NCBI GenBank assembly: GCA_030248215.1
Contig: JASANG010003092.1
Location: 248,001 to 312,000, forward strand
Length of the DNA stretch: 64,000 nucleotides
Direction: 5' to 3'
Source: Enoplolaimus lenunculus
Lineage: Eukaryota
Positions 13,846 through 27,100 of the stretch are shown here, piece by piece. Position 1 is the stretch's first letter. Every line of letters starts with the position of its first letter. The notes below the pieces were generated by a model. The model ran no database searches. It was not told the origin of the DNA and was given only the letters and a program-made list of their open reading frames with translations. A program made the position numbers and the translations under genes.

Positions 13846-15080
13846 CTCGGTTAAAAGGTAAAATAGTCGAAAATAGATTACAATAACAGTTTTGGAAATA
13901 TTAATGTATAAAAAAATTAATAAAATACCTACGTAAAAATGAACAGATTTATAATCAAACTGTTTCAAATGTTAACGAAAATTTTTTAAACAAAATTTCA
14001 AGATTGTATGCTATGTTCCAACTGCTATGCACAATTTTTCAAAGGTTAACGAAAATTTTGCAACAAAATTTCACAATTAATGAAGTGAGTTGCACATTTT
14101 TAAGTTTGTTTGCGATGTTCCAACTGCTATGCACCCGTCTGAGCTCCAGGGGCGTACAACGGATAGGATAACAAAGATAAATCTGTACCTCACTAAATGC
14201 TTAAGCATACGTACACAAAAACGGTTTTATACATGAATATGTGAAAGTTTAATCCTAATCCTTTGCCGAATCGTTAACCTTTAAATGTGGATGGGAAATG
14301 TGCAAGCGCCGTTTTAACTATTCGACACAGCGCCGGATTAAAGGGCGGGCCTAAGCTGCCGGGCCTCACATGACAAGGGTCCTACCACTAACCGAAAACC
14401 GACAATATGTTTCAATAGATAACAAGACATCAAAACCGCTATGCGATTTGTGGAGAGCACTTATTGCGTACTTCGGCCCGGTTATGCACAAGGGTGTGCA
14501 AAGTACTTTTCCAAACATTGGTAAAGAACTTCGAATTTTTGATGGTTTCTATACAAGGTTAAGACCTGGCGGAACAGAAAAGTAAAATTCTCCAGTCTTC
14601 CACTACGCTGGTCCGAAACCAACCTAAATCGCCTTAGCCCGAACTAAGTCTACTTGGGTTGGACGTAACAAAAACCCTGTCCAGCGGAAATAGTCGCCAG
14701 GAGCTTTGGCCCTATGCCCACACACTCCGCGATAAGCGGGAAAATTTTGCAGAATATGATAACCTCAAGACCACGTACTCTGAAGCATTTCTGCAGTTTT
14801 CAATTGCAGTAGCGAGTGTTCTGTCTGAAAAGTCAAATTAATTGAGAATCGATTGCGAACATTCCATAAAGCAAGATCGACTTGTAAATTTTGTTATCAT
14901 GTGCATTGCATCAGATGTTCTTCGTGAATTTAGACCTTGTTAGTATAATGAGTGACTTCTCTAAGTGAAGCCCTGATTTGACAAATGCCTTTTGTTGCGG
15001 AAAACAATTAACCGGAGGGCCTGTAGCGAGACGTTTTGCAAGGAATAACTATCACTAATCACATTGTGTGCCGTTGGTAT

Positions 15081-15545
15081 AAGAGTGGGACATTACCCGC
15101 GGGTAACCGCGCTTACCCGCGGGTAAACGCGGGTCGGGTTAAGAATTTCAGGCGCGGGTATACCCGTGGGTACACATTTTTATCACGCGGGTGAGAAAAA
15201 TTCACAGGATATCCGCGGTAAACTTTTAAGTTTTACGGTGGAAAACTTACGCTATTGTCTGTTTTATTTCTGGTTGAGTGCGGCCCGTGCTTTATTTAGC
15301 TGGGTTTGAAATTTTGTTGTTTCTAGTAAAATTCATTTGTAAAATTGATTTAAGCTATTTCACAAACCTTCAATAAAGCGCTAATCACCAGCGATCTTTA
15401 AAATACTGGTTTGACTTCAGGCGTGGGTAAAAGGTAGGTCGTAGATAGATCTTTTTTTGCGCGGGTATACCCGCGGGTAAAAAATTCTTGTTTGCGTGGG
15501 TAAAGTGCGAGTCGAGTAAAAATCCTTACCTAGTTCCCCACTCTG
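15081..15545. mobile_element. hAT-like MITE with CGGGTA subterminal repeats
   Basis: Termini (A)AGAGTGGGA ... TCCCCACTCTG; perfect 8-bp TSD gttggtat. Related partial copies at about 138-478 and 61150-61443. Confidence 0.8.
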
Positions 15546-16987
15546 GTTGGTATGACCTACCATTTCCAGTTCTGAAAGAAAAAAATTCCAAAAAATACGA
15601 CTAAATTTGCTCGAGTAGTATCAAGTCAAAAACCCCGCCTTATGCGATCATTCAAACGCCTCCGTATTGAAGGCCTTGCCTGGTGCCACTCCTCAAACCG
15701 TCTTGACCGCCTTGCATATTCAGCTGGACTACGGGCGTTGAAATAATTCTTTGCAATTATGTCTATAAACTAAAGTCCTTTAAAAATTATACGAACATTA
15801 AATATTTCTCAAACCGCACATCAATTGAAAACGTTTTATAAAGAAAGTGAAAATACAACAAATACCAAAACAGATGGTAAAACTTGAACAGTCATGCACT
15901 CTCTTTGTCTATTACTAAAGTTCACATTTCATAAAGCGTGTCCCCTCCGAGAGATGGGACTATGCACACAGAGTGCACGCGCATGAGACACAGCCAATCG
16001 TATTGGGGGGCACTAACACCGTGAAATAAATATGTTTAAACAATACTCTTCTCTATCTTCTACAATTTTCTATATAACCTGCCTTTTACGATATTTATAA
16101 ACACATTTTTAGTTTTACGGCAATTCTAAAATATGTCTATAGAAATTTTCTCACATTAATTCGTTCAGTGACACCAAATACAATAACAGCATTGGCGGAT
16201 TGAATGAAATGGGGGCTATCTGATCATAGTCCCTTCAAACCGGGATTTAATACAAAAGTGTGTGTTACGATTTAGTACTAAAATTGTGTCTGGCTTTTCG
16301 CTCGATCTACTCGTGAATTTTTTTTCAGCATTATATATAGCGCATCTCCGGTCGGAAATTTCTAAATCCATTACTGCAACACGTCTATAGTAGTTGTTGG
16401 GGTGTTGTTGACCTTAGTTGCGCACCCCCGAGGCCAGCCTTACCGTATTTATGTCAATTTAATACGATTTTCCTGTTTCGCAGGCGAAGGACGATGTGCT
16501 TGGCTGAGGGTCTGCGTATTTCACGTTGATGAGCAGAAACGGAGTTTTTTGAACGAACAGCGGATAACAAAATCCATTTCTTCACCCCACTGCCGGATAC
16601 AGGAAACTTCCGACTTTGGGCAGCGCGATATATAATGCAAAACAAATCTCGCGAGCGAGAAGTCAAACACAATTGTAGTACTAAATCTTAATACAAAATT
16701 TTTTGTTTTAATGCACATTAGAGGCCCAGGCGATTGTGGGCCCCCTTTACACAGCCAATACTTCCCAAGATACACTATTTTCGATGAAAAAAGTTAACAA
16801 ACTCTATATGAACAATGATGACCTGAGAATACAAAGCAATTTTGCAGTAAACAAGTGAAAAACAACTGCAATCGCTTCTTGCATATTTTAGAAGGACTGC
16901 GTATTCTGCAATATTGCATGCGTAATTGTAAAATTGTAAATTGCGCAATGCAACACGCAACATAGAGCTTATAAAGTATAGGAGACG

Positions 16988-17600
16988 TAGTAGTAATAGT
17001 AGTAGTAGTAGTATTTAGAATAGTGGAGAAAGTTGATCATCAAAATTTTAACTAAACAACGAGGCATACTCGAAAACAGATGACTTTACACATTAATATC
17101 GACATGAGGGCTCCTGATAAACGCTCCCATGAATAATTAGCCGGTAAAGTATTCTTAGAAAAACCTGGACCTTGAAACGATATTTGGAATTACGGATAAT
17201 AAAGCCTTTTTGAGAACTGATAAGCTATGCCCTGATCTAAGAGCATTAGTTTTGGATCGGTCGTTTTCAACAGCATTATGCGTATGCCAACGTGAATTGT
17301 TCAGACAAGCTTCCGCCAGCTCTCTTTAACACTGTATATGCTTCGTGGGTATGTGACAATTCCAAACGGACCGGTGTATCCGTAATAGCCACAGTTTAGC
17401 CAGTCTACTAAGTTAAGTTGGCGGTGAACACATAAGTGGTTATACTAAATGTGATTCACGCAAAATATATCAGCCACGTCACCACTGCATACTGAGCGTA
17501 AAAATTTCCTTGATACATAAATATTTATTTGATTGCAAATGGCGGTACGTTATACTTGATGTCTTACGGGGGTAATCCTCAAAATGTTCTTTTGAAGTGC
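16988..17600 (-). mobile_element. Degraded non-LTR retrotransposon 3' end (CR1/L2-like)
   Basis: Frameshifted LRSGHSLSVLK...RSRFF...WERL resembles the CR1/L2 ORF2 C-terminal RGH...RxxFF...WN motif, and ends in a (TAC)n tail. Possible endonuclease remnant (AVTGTW...SIRGF) on the same strand near 20480-20600. Confidence 0.35.
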
Positions 17601-17717
17601 TTTTTTTACTCTTTTCCTACATTTACTTAGGCCCGTTAAACCTATGGCACAAAAAAGTGCACCTATTCCAAAGCATAAACATTTACCTATCTCTTCATCC
17701 TTTACTGTTTCACATTT

Positions 17718-17829
17718 TAATAATAATAATAATAATAATATAATAATAATAATAATAATAATAATAGTAATATAATAATAATAATAGTAATAATAGTAAT
17801 AATAATAATATAATAATAATAACAACAAT
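17718..17829. repeat. (AAT)n microsatellite
   Basis: About 35 TAA units with occasional TAG variants, grading into AAC. Confidence 0.95.
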
Positions 17830-18214
17830 TTCTTAACCAATGAATGGATACGGTATACTCCGTCAAAATGGTATTCGTAGACTCAACTGACTGCTAAACA
17901 TTCATTCATTGAAATTTCTCTAAAATTATACTAAACTATAAATTTGAAGGTCGTGCGAATGTTGTGCACCATTGTTCTCTAATGCCGATTATAAAATGCA
18001 GTAACTTTCAAAACACTTCACATTAAAGCAGACACAATTCTTATACACTGAACACTTCAGACTGCATACTTATTTACGTCTGACCTAATACAGCAATTAT
18101 AGCTTCTATCAGCAGCGTATACAGGCGGAGAGAAATATTTCCCTGAAAAACTTATGGAAAGACTCGAAAAAACGTACATTTAAACGGTGAAAAAACCAAA
18201 AGAGGTGGAGAATA

Positions 18215-18412
18215 CACTGTAAAAATAGGGAGTCAAATTGACTCTCTCGGAAACAGGCTTTTCCTGACTACACAAACTGAGTCAAATTTGACTCCGCCAC
18301 AGTCTACAGTGAATCGAATTGGACTCTGGCGGAATCAAATTTGACTCAGTTTGTGTAGTCAGGAAAAGCCTGTTTCCGAGAGAGTCAATTTGACTGCCAT
18401 TTTTTTACAGTG
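18215..18412. mobile_element. Foldback CACTG MITE (CMC/EnSpm-like), copy 1
   Basis: Near-perfect palindrome CACTGTAAAAA...TTTTTACAGTG; 2-bp TSD TA; repeated GAGTCAAATT(T)GACTC. Confidence 0.85.
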
Positions 18413-19480
18413 TATACCTCATTTGCTATGCTCGATCACAGAAAACATTAAGACGCATTATTCTGTCCCGAAATGAAATCCTTGCTAGAATTCTTCTGCT
18501 CTACAGCTTCAATAACAAAAATATCTTGGGGCTCAGCAAATGTGTTCAGCTTTAGCGGCTTTTAAATTTTTGGACGCAATAAATTTAACTTTACCTTTCA
18601 AGATCAACATGTTCCCATATGACAATTTTTTAGCTAACAAAACGACACATTCATTTACAGCGAAGGTGTAGCTAACGAGAGCTTTTAGGGTTCAACTTCC
18701 GTTTACGATATTTCCTGGGCAGTTATTTTTAATTTATAAATTAGGAACACAACAAACGGCACCAGTCTAACAACATTTTAGCTGTAATGCGGATTCAACC
18801 TGGTACCAAAGTCAATTACGCAATCAGCATATAATACGGGATCAGTTTGCAGCCTATACATTATTCAGTTCAGTGTTGATTTTGCATAAAACAGTCATCA
18901 AAACGTTCTGAAATTAAAAACCCCGAAAGAAAAATTGCAATTGCGTACAATACATTTTGCGTCAAACGTGTATACGAAACCTTCGACAGCTTTAGAACAA
19001 ATCAATCAGTTTTCTGAAAAAATGTTTAAAATGAGTATTTTAAACTGTGTCAATTTCAAGGAAAATACGCATTTTTCGGTAAAGATAAATTGTCAGGAGT
19101 ATTACGTCATTAATTTTCCGTTCGGTTCAGTGTATTTTTTTCAAATCTGTACATTAAAACGTGAGTTTAGTGGTGACGAAAATTCTAGTTCATTTTAACG
19201 GTTAAATAATTTTTCACAGTACGACAGTTTTTGTTTTAGAGTATGGAATTCGATAGTAAACATAACGGATAAAACGAATATTTAAGTAAAAGTTTCAAAT
19301 TTACCATGATATAAACTGTGCAATTTGAACAAATAACATTTGTTCGCTAAATCAATCATTATTGGAATCGAATGGATTTTTAGCTATCGCATTGTTACCA
19401 GTAAAATTTCCAGCACCTTACTGCTCATCACGGGTTTGCATAAGTTTACCTAAAGTTGAGAGCACATTCTTCTCCGAGTA

Positions 19481-19924
19481 CTGCAGTGACCCGAATAAGA
19501 GGGGGGCTGATATTTCTTTAGCCTCTCCAGAGGGTACCCTCCTTGTTATTCGGTTACGGACTGTTAGTTATTTTCAACCCTCGATCCGCCACCCTTCGTT
19601 ACTGACATATATCCGGTATTGCAACTATCCGTTCAATTAAACGTATATTTGTCTCGTTTCAATAGTTTGAGCGATAATGTAAGGTTGTACCTAGGAATTA
19701 CTTTCAAAACTTGAGTACGCTTTAAAGTTTCGAACTCACCTTTATTTGGTCCGGCAGTCATTTATGCGCTACAACTAGGAATAATTGACATTTATGGGCT
19801 CTAATTAGGGTTTAGGGACTCTATCCGCTTACGGACTCTTATTAAGGATACGAATTCCTACTGATTGGCCCTCAAAATGGGGACCCCCTCTCTTATTACC
19901 CCCCTCTTATTCGGGTCACTACAG
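19481..19924. mobile_element. TA-flanked MITE (Tc1/mariner-like), copy 1
   Basis: TIRs CTG(C/T)AGTGACCCGAATAAGAGGGGG / CCCCCTCTTATTCGGGTCACTACAG; TA flanks. Inverted copies at 57506-57936 and 59680-60353. Confidence 0.85.
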
Positions 19925-21154
19925 TACCAAAATCAAGGAAATTAAAAGTATACTACACATGTAATTAACTTTTTCTGCGTAAAATAAACTTTTGTAGAAG
20001 ATATCTTAACCGTAGTTTACATGGAAACTCTGATGCTCGATGCATCATATTCAGGCCATACACCAATCATCCATCATAAGCAGATGTGAACAGGAAATAC
20101 GCCTTAACACCGTCTTGTTATCGTCTCCGTAGAATACGTAACGCTGAAGCGAGGCATCAGCTACCTTTGCGTTTATTAAAATACTTTCCATGCATTAATT
20201 GATAATTGCAAATTGTTGCGGCTTATGCTGAAACCCCCATTTTTCTACTACTTTATCATCATCGAGTAGCCGTGGAAGCTTGACACTCGACTCTGAAGGG
20301 GTCTCAAGTCTTGTGGAGATTTTGCACTACACATTACGCTTTGCAGTTGTTAAATACTGCACCTTACATATTTGTTCACGTATACACGTTGCACAGAGTT
20401 GCTCATAGTCAACTGTACGTGAGAATAAAGTTATTAAGTTTCCACTTCCGCAATGTTGATTACTATCCGTTTTTGTTTTCGATATCTTTATTCACCATCC
20501 GTTTGTTCTCTGGCAACGGGACATTTGAATCCACGTATAGACATACGCGACTTGCTTAATCCAAGTTCCTGTCACTGCAGTACCGAGTTTTCTGCGCTAT
20601 TAAACATATTACTAACCATATACAGACTTATATTTAAGCGCATGAGATGTGCAGGAAAAAAATGTGTATTAATTTAATCGGAAACGACACAAAACAACGT
20701 TTCTAAAACGCGAAAAAAATTTGTTTTCGCAACAGCAAAAAAATCAGAACAAGGAAGGTGTTCCTCTGTTCTCTCTCTTTCGTACACTCAAACACAGATG
20801 TGGAATTGCAGTCGCTATTTGTGTTTGCAAAATCAACTACACTGAGTGTCTGTATAGCATCCAGTAAAAATATATACGATGAGCTCTGTCCTAAAAAGCA
20901 TACTTTACTGAAAACGGGGTCAACGTATTTAATAAAAACATCCATAACGTTTGAATGAGAGAGAGAGAAGGAAACGTTTTCCGTGAATGTTTTAGAATTT
21001 CTCCGGGGTGGGGGCAGCAAATGTCGGGTTCTTCACCCGAGGATACATACTAAATTTGACAACGTCTGAAAGGAGACAAACGTTTGATCGATGGATAAAC
21101 TCGCTCTTGGAATTCACTATTTCCGAGCCTACCGCAAAAAAATTAATTTAGCCA

Positions 21155-21400
21155 CACTGCGAAAAATGGTGTGAAATTGACTCTCTCCGAAATAGGATTT
21201 TCCGGACTACACAAACTGAGTCAAATTCGACTCAGCCAGAGTCAAATTCAACTCACCACTCAGCCAGAGTCAAGTTCGACTCACAGAGCGATTCGGGTGA
21301 GTTGAATTTGACTCGGTCGGAGTCGAATTTGACTCAGTTTGTGTAGTCCGGAAGTGCCCAATTCGGAGACAGTCAATTTGACTAACCATTTTTTGCAGTG
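21155..21400. mobile_element. Foldback CACTG MITE, copy 2
   Basis: CACTGCGAAAAATGG...CCATTTTTTGCAGTG, with more internal GAGTCAAATT units than copy 1. Confidence 0.85.
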
Positions 21401-24180
21401 TATATATAGGGTTGAAAAATTGTTTTCTCCGAGGTTAGTCACTTATACGTTTTTAGTATATATTAATTTTCGTATAAAATTTTCGTGCTGAGTACCAAAG
21501 CAGTTTAGTCTGGAAGATAACAAAAATATAAGACAATTCAACCAAGAGTTCAACAGAGGCAGAACAATGCAGCAAAACGTGCGCGGGAAGCGAGCGAGAA
21601 ACCAGACACAATTTTAGCATCAAATGCCGGTGCAAAACTTTATACGTTGAGTAGATTCAGTCGGGACACCCGATCCCTAGGTCTACACTCGAGTGCGGTG
21701 ACCCACGTACAAACCGCAGCGGAAAAGCGAAGCATGTTAGAGAATGGTGATGTTGCTCAGCTGTTTTGCAACTCGCTGCCGTGCTTAAGGTTGCCGGCCC
21801 TTGGAAAACAAACGTCCGGCCTTTTTAAATTAAAATATACTTAGGTAGAGAGCAATGTTGACGGGTCAACCTAAATGCATAATATGTTGTGCGAACATCA
21901 ATTAAAGTTACGCAAGCGATGTGAGCGAGATGCTAGACTCATGTTGTTTAACTAAAAATCTTTAAGTGTAAGATCCAGCGCGGTTCTAAATCCCATTTAT
22001 TGCGTTTCACAGCGCCAGGCGCTTTCTAGCTCGGACACCGCTCTAATAGGGGCTTGATTCTAACTCGGCACTATGTGCCGTTCTCAAATCGTAAGTTTAA
22101 GAAAATTACCCATGCACTGCTGCGAAGTTCTTTCTGAGCGTGTTTCTGGACAATCACAGCATCAGGAACTACAGACAGGTAACACTGTCGGAAAAATATG
22201 CAAATAAAACCACGGAACAAAAATATGAAAAATTTTGCTGCCAAAATTTAGTATTTCATTAAGTATCATCATTTGATAACACACAATTAAAGAAGTATAT
22301 AGTAGCAGGGATGCAACAGAAATTCCGGTTTGATTAGGGAACCATTTGTATAGCATGCTTTTTAGCATCGTAGGACTGCTGGTGCGAGAGGAGACAACTC
22401 TACTCACCCAGCATGCAACTCTGACGCACCACCGTAGCTTTAATAAAGTGCTGTTGAATTTAGGACCTGTAAACATGTGTTCACTGATCTTTCGAGAAGC
22501 ACAGAGGAGGCATATATCCCCCTATTCCTCCCACTGGTAGATCCAATGCATGGGGAAGTAAGATTTTGTATTTAAAGGTTTAGCACTTAAAATGGGGTCC
22601 CACATTTGTAGAGATTACTGGATCCGCACTGATTCCTCCTCAGTCCTGAGATTATAATAAAAAGTTTTTCCGTTTTTCCACCCCGTCGGAAAAAAAACGA
22701 AAAAAAAACCGTTTTTTCCGTTGGTTTATTCTGGTGCGCAACAATGCTTGTGTGGGATTCATGTTTGTAATTTTTTCTTCGTTCGTTCGGCGTGTGCCTT
22801 GTCTATATTTCTAAGCCATACTTTCTGTTATGTAATTAGCGAATATTAACGTCTTCCTTAAATCATTCACACGTGTGTACAATTAACAAATATAACAATC
22901 GAAAAATATCCACCTGTCAGATTGCTAAAGCTATTTCGTTCCATATACGAGGAAACAATAAAGTTTACTTTCTGTAAGTGAGAAAATTAAACAAACAGGT
23001 TCCTGGCCGTGATACAAACATAGAACAAATCTTTTTAAGTAATAAGTAAGAAATATGCGTAGGCAAAAATACCGGAGCTGGACGTCAAGCAAAAAGTTGC
23101 AATAAAATCCTGTACAATTAACTGAAATTAACAATAATCTGTAAACAGTTTACTACTGAGCTTTACAAAATTGAACCAAAAAAATTTGATTACGCAGAAA
23201 AGCACTAAATTGAAAAAAATAAATTTCAATAAAAAAGTCAATTTCAAATCGAACCACGCAAAAACAAAAAAAAACTACATGTGACAGTTTATTCACTGCC
23301 ACACAACAATAAATATGCAAACGAACTATAAATTGAAAACAAGACGCACAGAAGCGACCATGCAACACTCAAAACAAGCAGAAGTAAACAAAAACAAACA
23401 AAACAAACAACAAGTGAATGAATGATGTAAGATCTGCGAGTAGCAATGCACAATATGTGTTTCGTATTCCCAGGTATAAAACGAAATTGCAATTTTGTGT
23501 GCCTAATTTGCAAGATGTGAAAAGAATTCAACTTTTAGACAAGTAATTAACTGGGTCAGGGTGCGACCAATTTCCGGACGCGGTTTAATATCCGGCAAAA
23601 AAGGATATCTGTATCCAGTACAAACCTACCGGATGCCTGATGTTCACGGTGGTAGTCGCGAATTTCATGAAACTGCTTTTAACATGTGCGCGTCTTTAAT
23701 GCTTGCTGCGATGGCATTCTATACAAGTCAAAGGTTCACGTTTTGATACGCTGTGTCAAAAACGAAAAATTCAAGCAAACAATTAATTGTAATTCAGTAA
23801 ACATATATTTTGTGCGACTCATCCGATTAATATCCGGTTTCAGTTTCGTTAAAAAATTCAGCATCCGTATCCGGTATCCGGGTAAATAAAATGATCTTGT
23901 TTCGTCAAAAGCATCGCCAGACATTTTAATTGAAAATACACCCGAAACAAAAAACAAACTTGAATGTTTAGTTCTACACGTTTTTATCGATATCACATTT
24001 GGCTTTGTGCACACCCACAGATTTAAAAATAACGCCACACTTAGGCTCAAGTTAGGCTTAGAAAACGTTTAAGCTAAGAAAAATGTGTCCCAAACCTAAG
24101 CCTAAGCTTAAGCGCTATACCTGTGGGGGAAAATGCACAAAAGCTATTATAATATTAGCACCGGCGTATATATCCAATTA

Positions 24181-27100
24181 TCACGATTGAACTTCATCAC
24201 TATTAACCCCGTTTGGTTCCAGTTTGGCCCTTGCACAATCCAAGCATACTTTATCGTCCGCCCCATCCGGCTCAGATCGGGACCTACACGTTTCCAAGAC
24301 GCATGCAGCAGAGTCTGTCTCATCATCCGTTGGGTCCAACAAACTGATAACTACTGATTTTTGTCTAGTAGCGGTCGTAGCATTGCCACCGGTCCCACCC
24401 TCCAAGGGCAACAACCGTGACCCGTCGGTCGCGTTTCGATCCACCCCCTGCCGTTGTGATTCATTTCCCACTGACGCTCTACCCCCACTCAACGATGTCC
24501 TTGGTCCTGTTGCCGTCCCTGAGGGCAGTAGACTGGGTCGACCAGCAGGAACCGAAAAACTTGCTGTAGACGCCGCCGCAGCTAAATTCAACGCACGAGA
24601 CGCCGAACTACTTACCACACCGCTCGCGTCTGTAATATCTTGACCATCGTCAAGCGTTAACAATAACAAAAATGACAAAAACAAGCTAAACGCCGACCCT
24701 AAATGCCACACATCATGATCATCAAAAAATTCCAAAAATACACACGGTTGGTTTAACGACCGAGACCGGGCGGCAGTCAATTGCCAATTTGATACGCGAA
24801 CATTATAAAAGTATAAACTTGACGCCCAAGAACACAACGATAACACAGAACAAACAATTGGGGCGGCGACGATAACTTCTTTTTCGGCAATTTTTACAGC
24901 AAAATAAAATACAGTAAACAAGAACAAGTTGACAATAAACATATTCAGTAGCGCAGATGGAAACTGATCCGGAGACCGTAACAACGACCACGCTGCGTAC
25001 GCAATGAACGCTAAATTCAACGCAAGTTGAATGGAACCAAACACTGTTCGTACGTGTGTATGTGCTCGCGCGGCATAATTTTTCCAGTACAATATACGCA
25101 TCACTAAAAATCCGACAACACCCGAAATCAGTACAAACGCGACTGCAATTACAATCTGAGCGGCCAAAATTTCTTGACTCACAATTCCGACGACAACAAA
25201 CAGCGCTGCAAGTGCAAATATGGCGTAGAATTTATACAAATGCCCGGCGTTCGGAGGATTACGAATTTGATACAAGTGATATACGCACAACCCGGCAATA
25301 ACGTACATAAACGTTGTATCGAATTGAAAATTTTGTTCCGTCGGACATATATGATACCCAGCCGACAAAATTCCCTCTAACATTAACGCCACGCCCATCG
25401 CGTAAAATACTTCAACGTAGCGCCACGGGAATCGATCAGAATGATACCGAACGATTACAATAAAAAATCCTCCAAAACCAACATAGCCTAAATTTGACCA
25501 AATATTATTGAACGCAACAAACGGACCGAGAGGATTGGCGCAGAAAAAATTATAATAGCACGTATCTTGTGAGCTTTGTTTGCGTGTATAACGAAAAAAT
25601 GTTATTAACAGCTGAATTGCCGGCAGAGTATAAAACACGGCAATAATGAGTAGATTGAACAGAAAAGACCCAGCGGCGAACGTAGGCTTTCGCGATCTTG
25701 TTGTGGCGGGCATTTTTGTCGCAGCCACAGCTACAGCAGTGGCTGACGAAGTCCCGGGTCGGTGACCAGCGATCGTACCCCCAAACGCAGACGCAGTCGC
25801 ATGCAACGCACTGAACGATGGAGATTTCGGGGGTAGATCCCTGTCGGAAGGATATTGTAGTATGCGTCGCATCGGCGGAACGGTACAACATACAGTAACT
25901 GCTGATCCCAGCATAGCAACAATCGCGGCGAACCACGCGAGCGCAAAATACGTTTCGTGCTCGTGTGGTTCGATATGAAACGCGATATATTTCGCAACGG
26001 AGGGCATTGTTAGCGACGGCATGCTAACATTGCCAACAGCTGCAGTCGCCGCTATCGTGACGTCACCGGAAATTGCTGAGCTAGCTGCGGTCACCGCCGT
26101 TGGATTCAGCGATCCAGCAAGCGCTCCAGCAACTGCCGTCACACCATCGATAGGACGATGACGCGCAAAATACTGTTCCCAGCAAGGATCGTCGTAATCC
26201 GCGAGTTCAAACACTACATCGAATTCCGTAAACCCTCTTCGTCTTGGAATACTCAACGACCCACGTGTGGTCATACTTAGATCTAGCGAATGTAGCTCGC
26301 CAGGTATGCCTTGATACTTGTTGGCTGGCTGTTTAGTCGGATTACTAGTCGAAGATCTTGGAGGGCTCGCTTCAGTAGCGGATGCGGCCCCTACTCTAGA
26401 CTGTTGTCCACCTGGCCTGCCAGGTGTTGCCTCACCGTTACTGCACGTAAACGACTGAATTGTGACACGAATGCACGCTGAATCGTTACTAAGAATTTTG
26501 AGCCAAACCCGATTAACTCCTGCAGGAAATACAAAATGAGAATACTGAGGTTCTTCAGGAAGGATAACTGCAGTGCGAATATGTTCGACGCGTAGAATGT
26601 AACGATAAATTTCATCAAATTGAAACTGATATTGAATTGGCTGTGGACTATATGTAGATAGTTCGACTACCAGTTGACCTTGATTTGCACAGATTGTTTT
26701 CGAGAACCTACAAACAACAGCTGTAACGTATGTATTTGTTTTTTACCGCATAAATGCGCAATTTCCACAATTTTTTCACATTTAATTATGAAGCCGTCAT
26801 CATGAGCCGAATTCTCAACTGCGTTTAGCACCTATCTCCAGTTAACAGAGTTACAAACTGGCGAAGTACGGCGTCTTGCTAATCTAAATCTTTGTTCACA
26901 AGTCAAACAAATCAAATTCGAAATAAGTGCAACTTTGAGTCTATGTTTGGATTAATTTCCGCGAAAGTTACACTTAATTTTTGCTTAGGCTTCGACTTAG
27001 AAATATGTTTATTCTTACGCTGAGGCTTTGGCTTAGGCTTTGGAATTTGCTTATACACTGTTACGGCCCTGATCTATACATTGGCCCAACTTTCGAACCC

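Noticed and set aside
17550..17840. 96-aa ORF with poly-L/Y/I runs that looks like a membrane peptide
   Set aside because: It is the translation of the (AAT)n microsatellite.
24224..24643. 139-aa plus-strand ORF
   Set aside because: Antisense shadow of the GC-rich SID-1 tail, with no independent signals.
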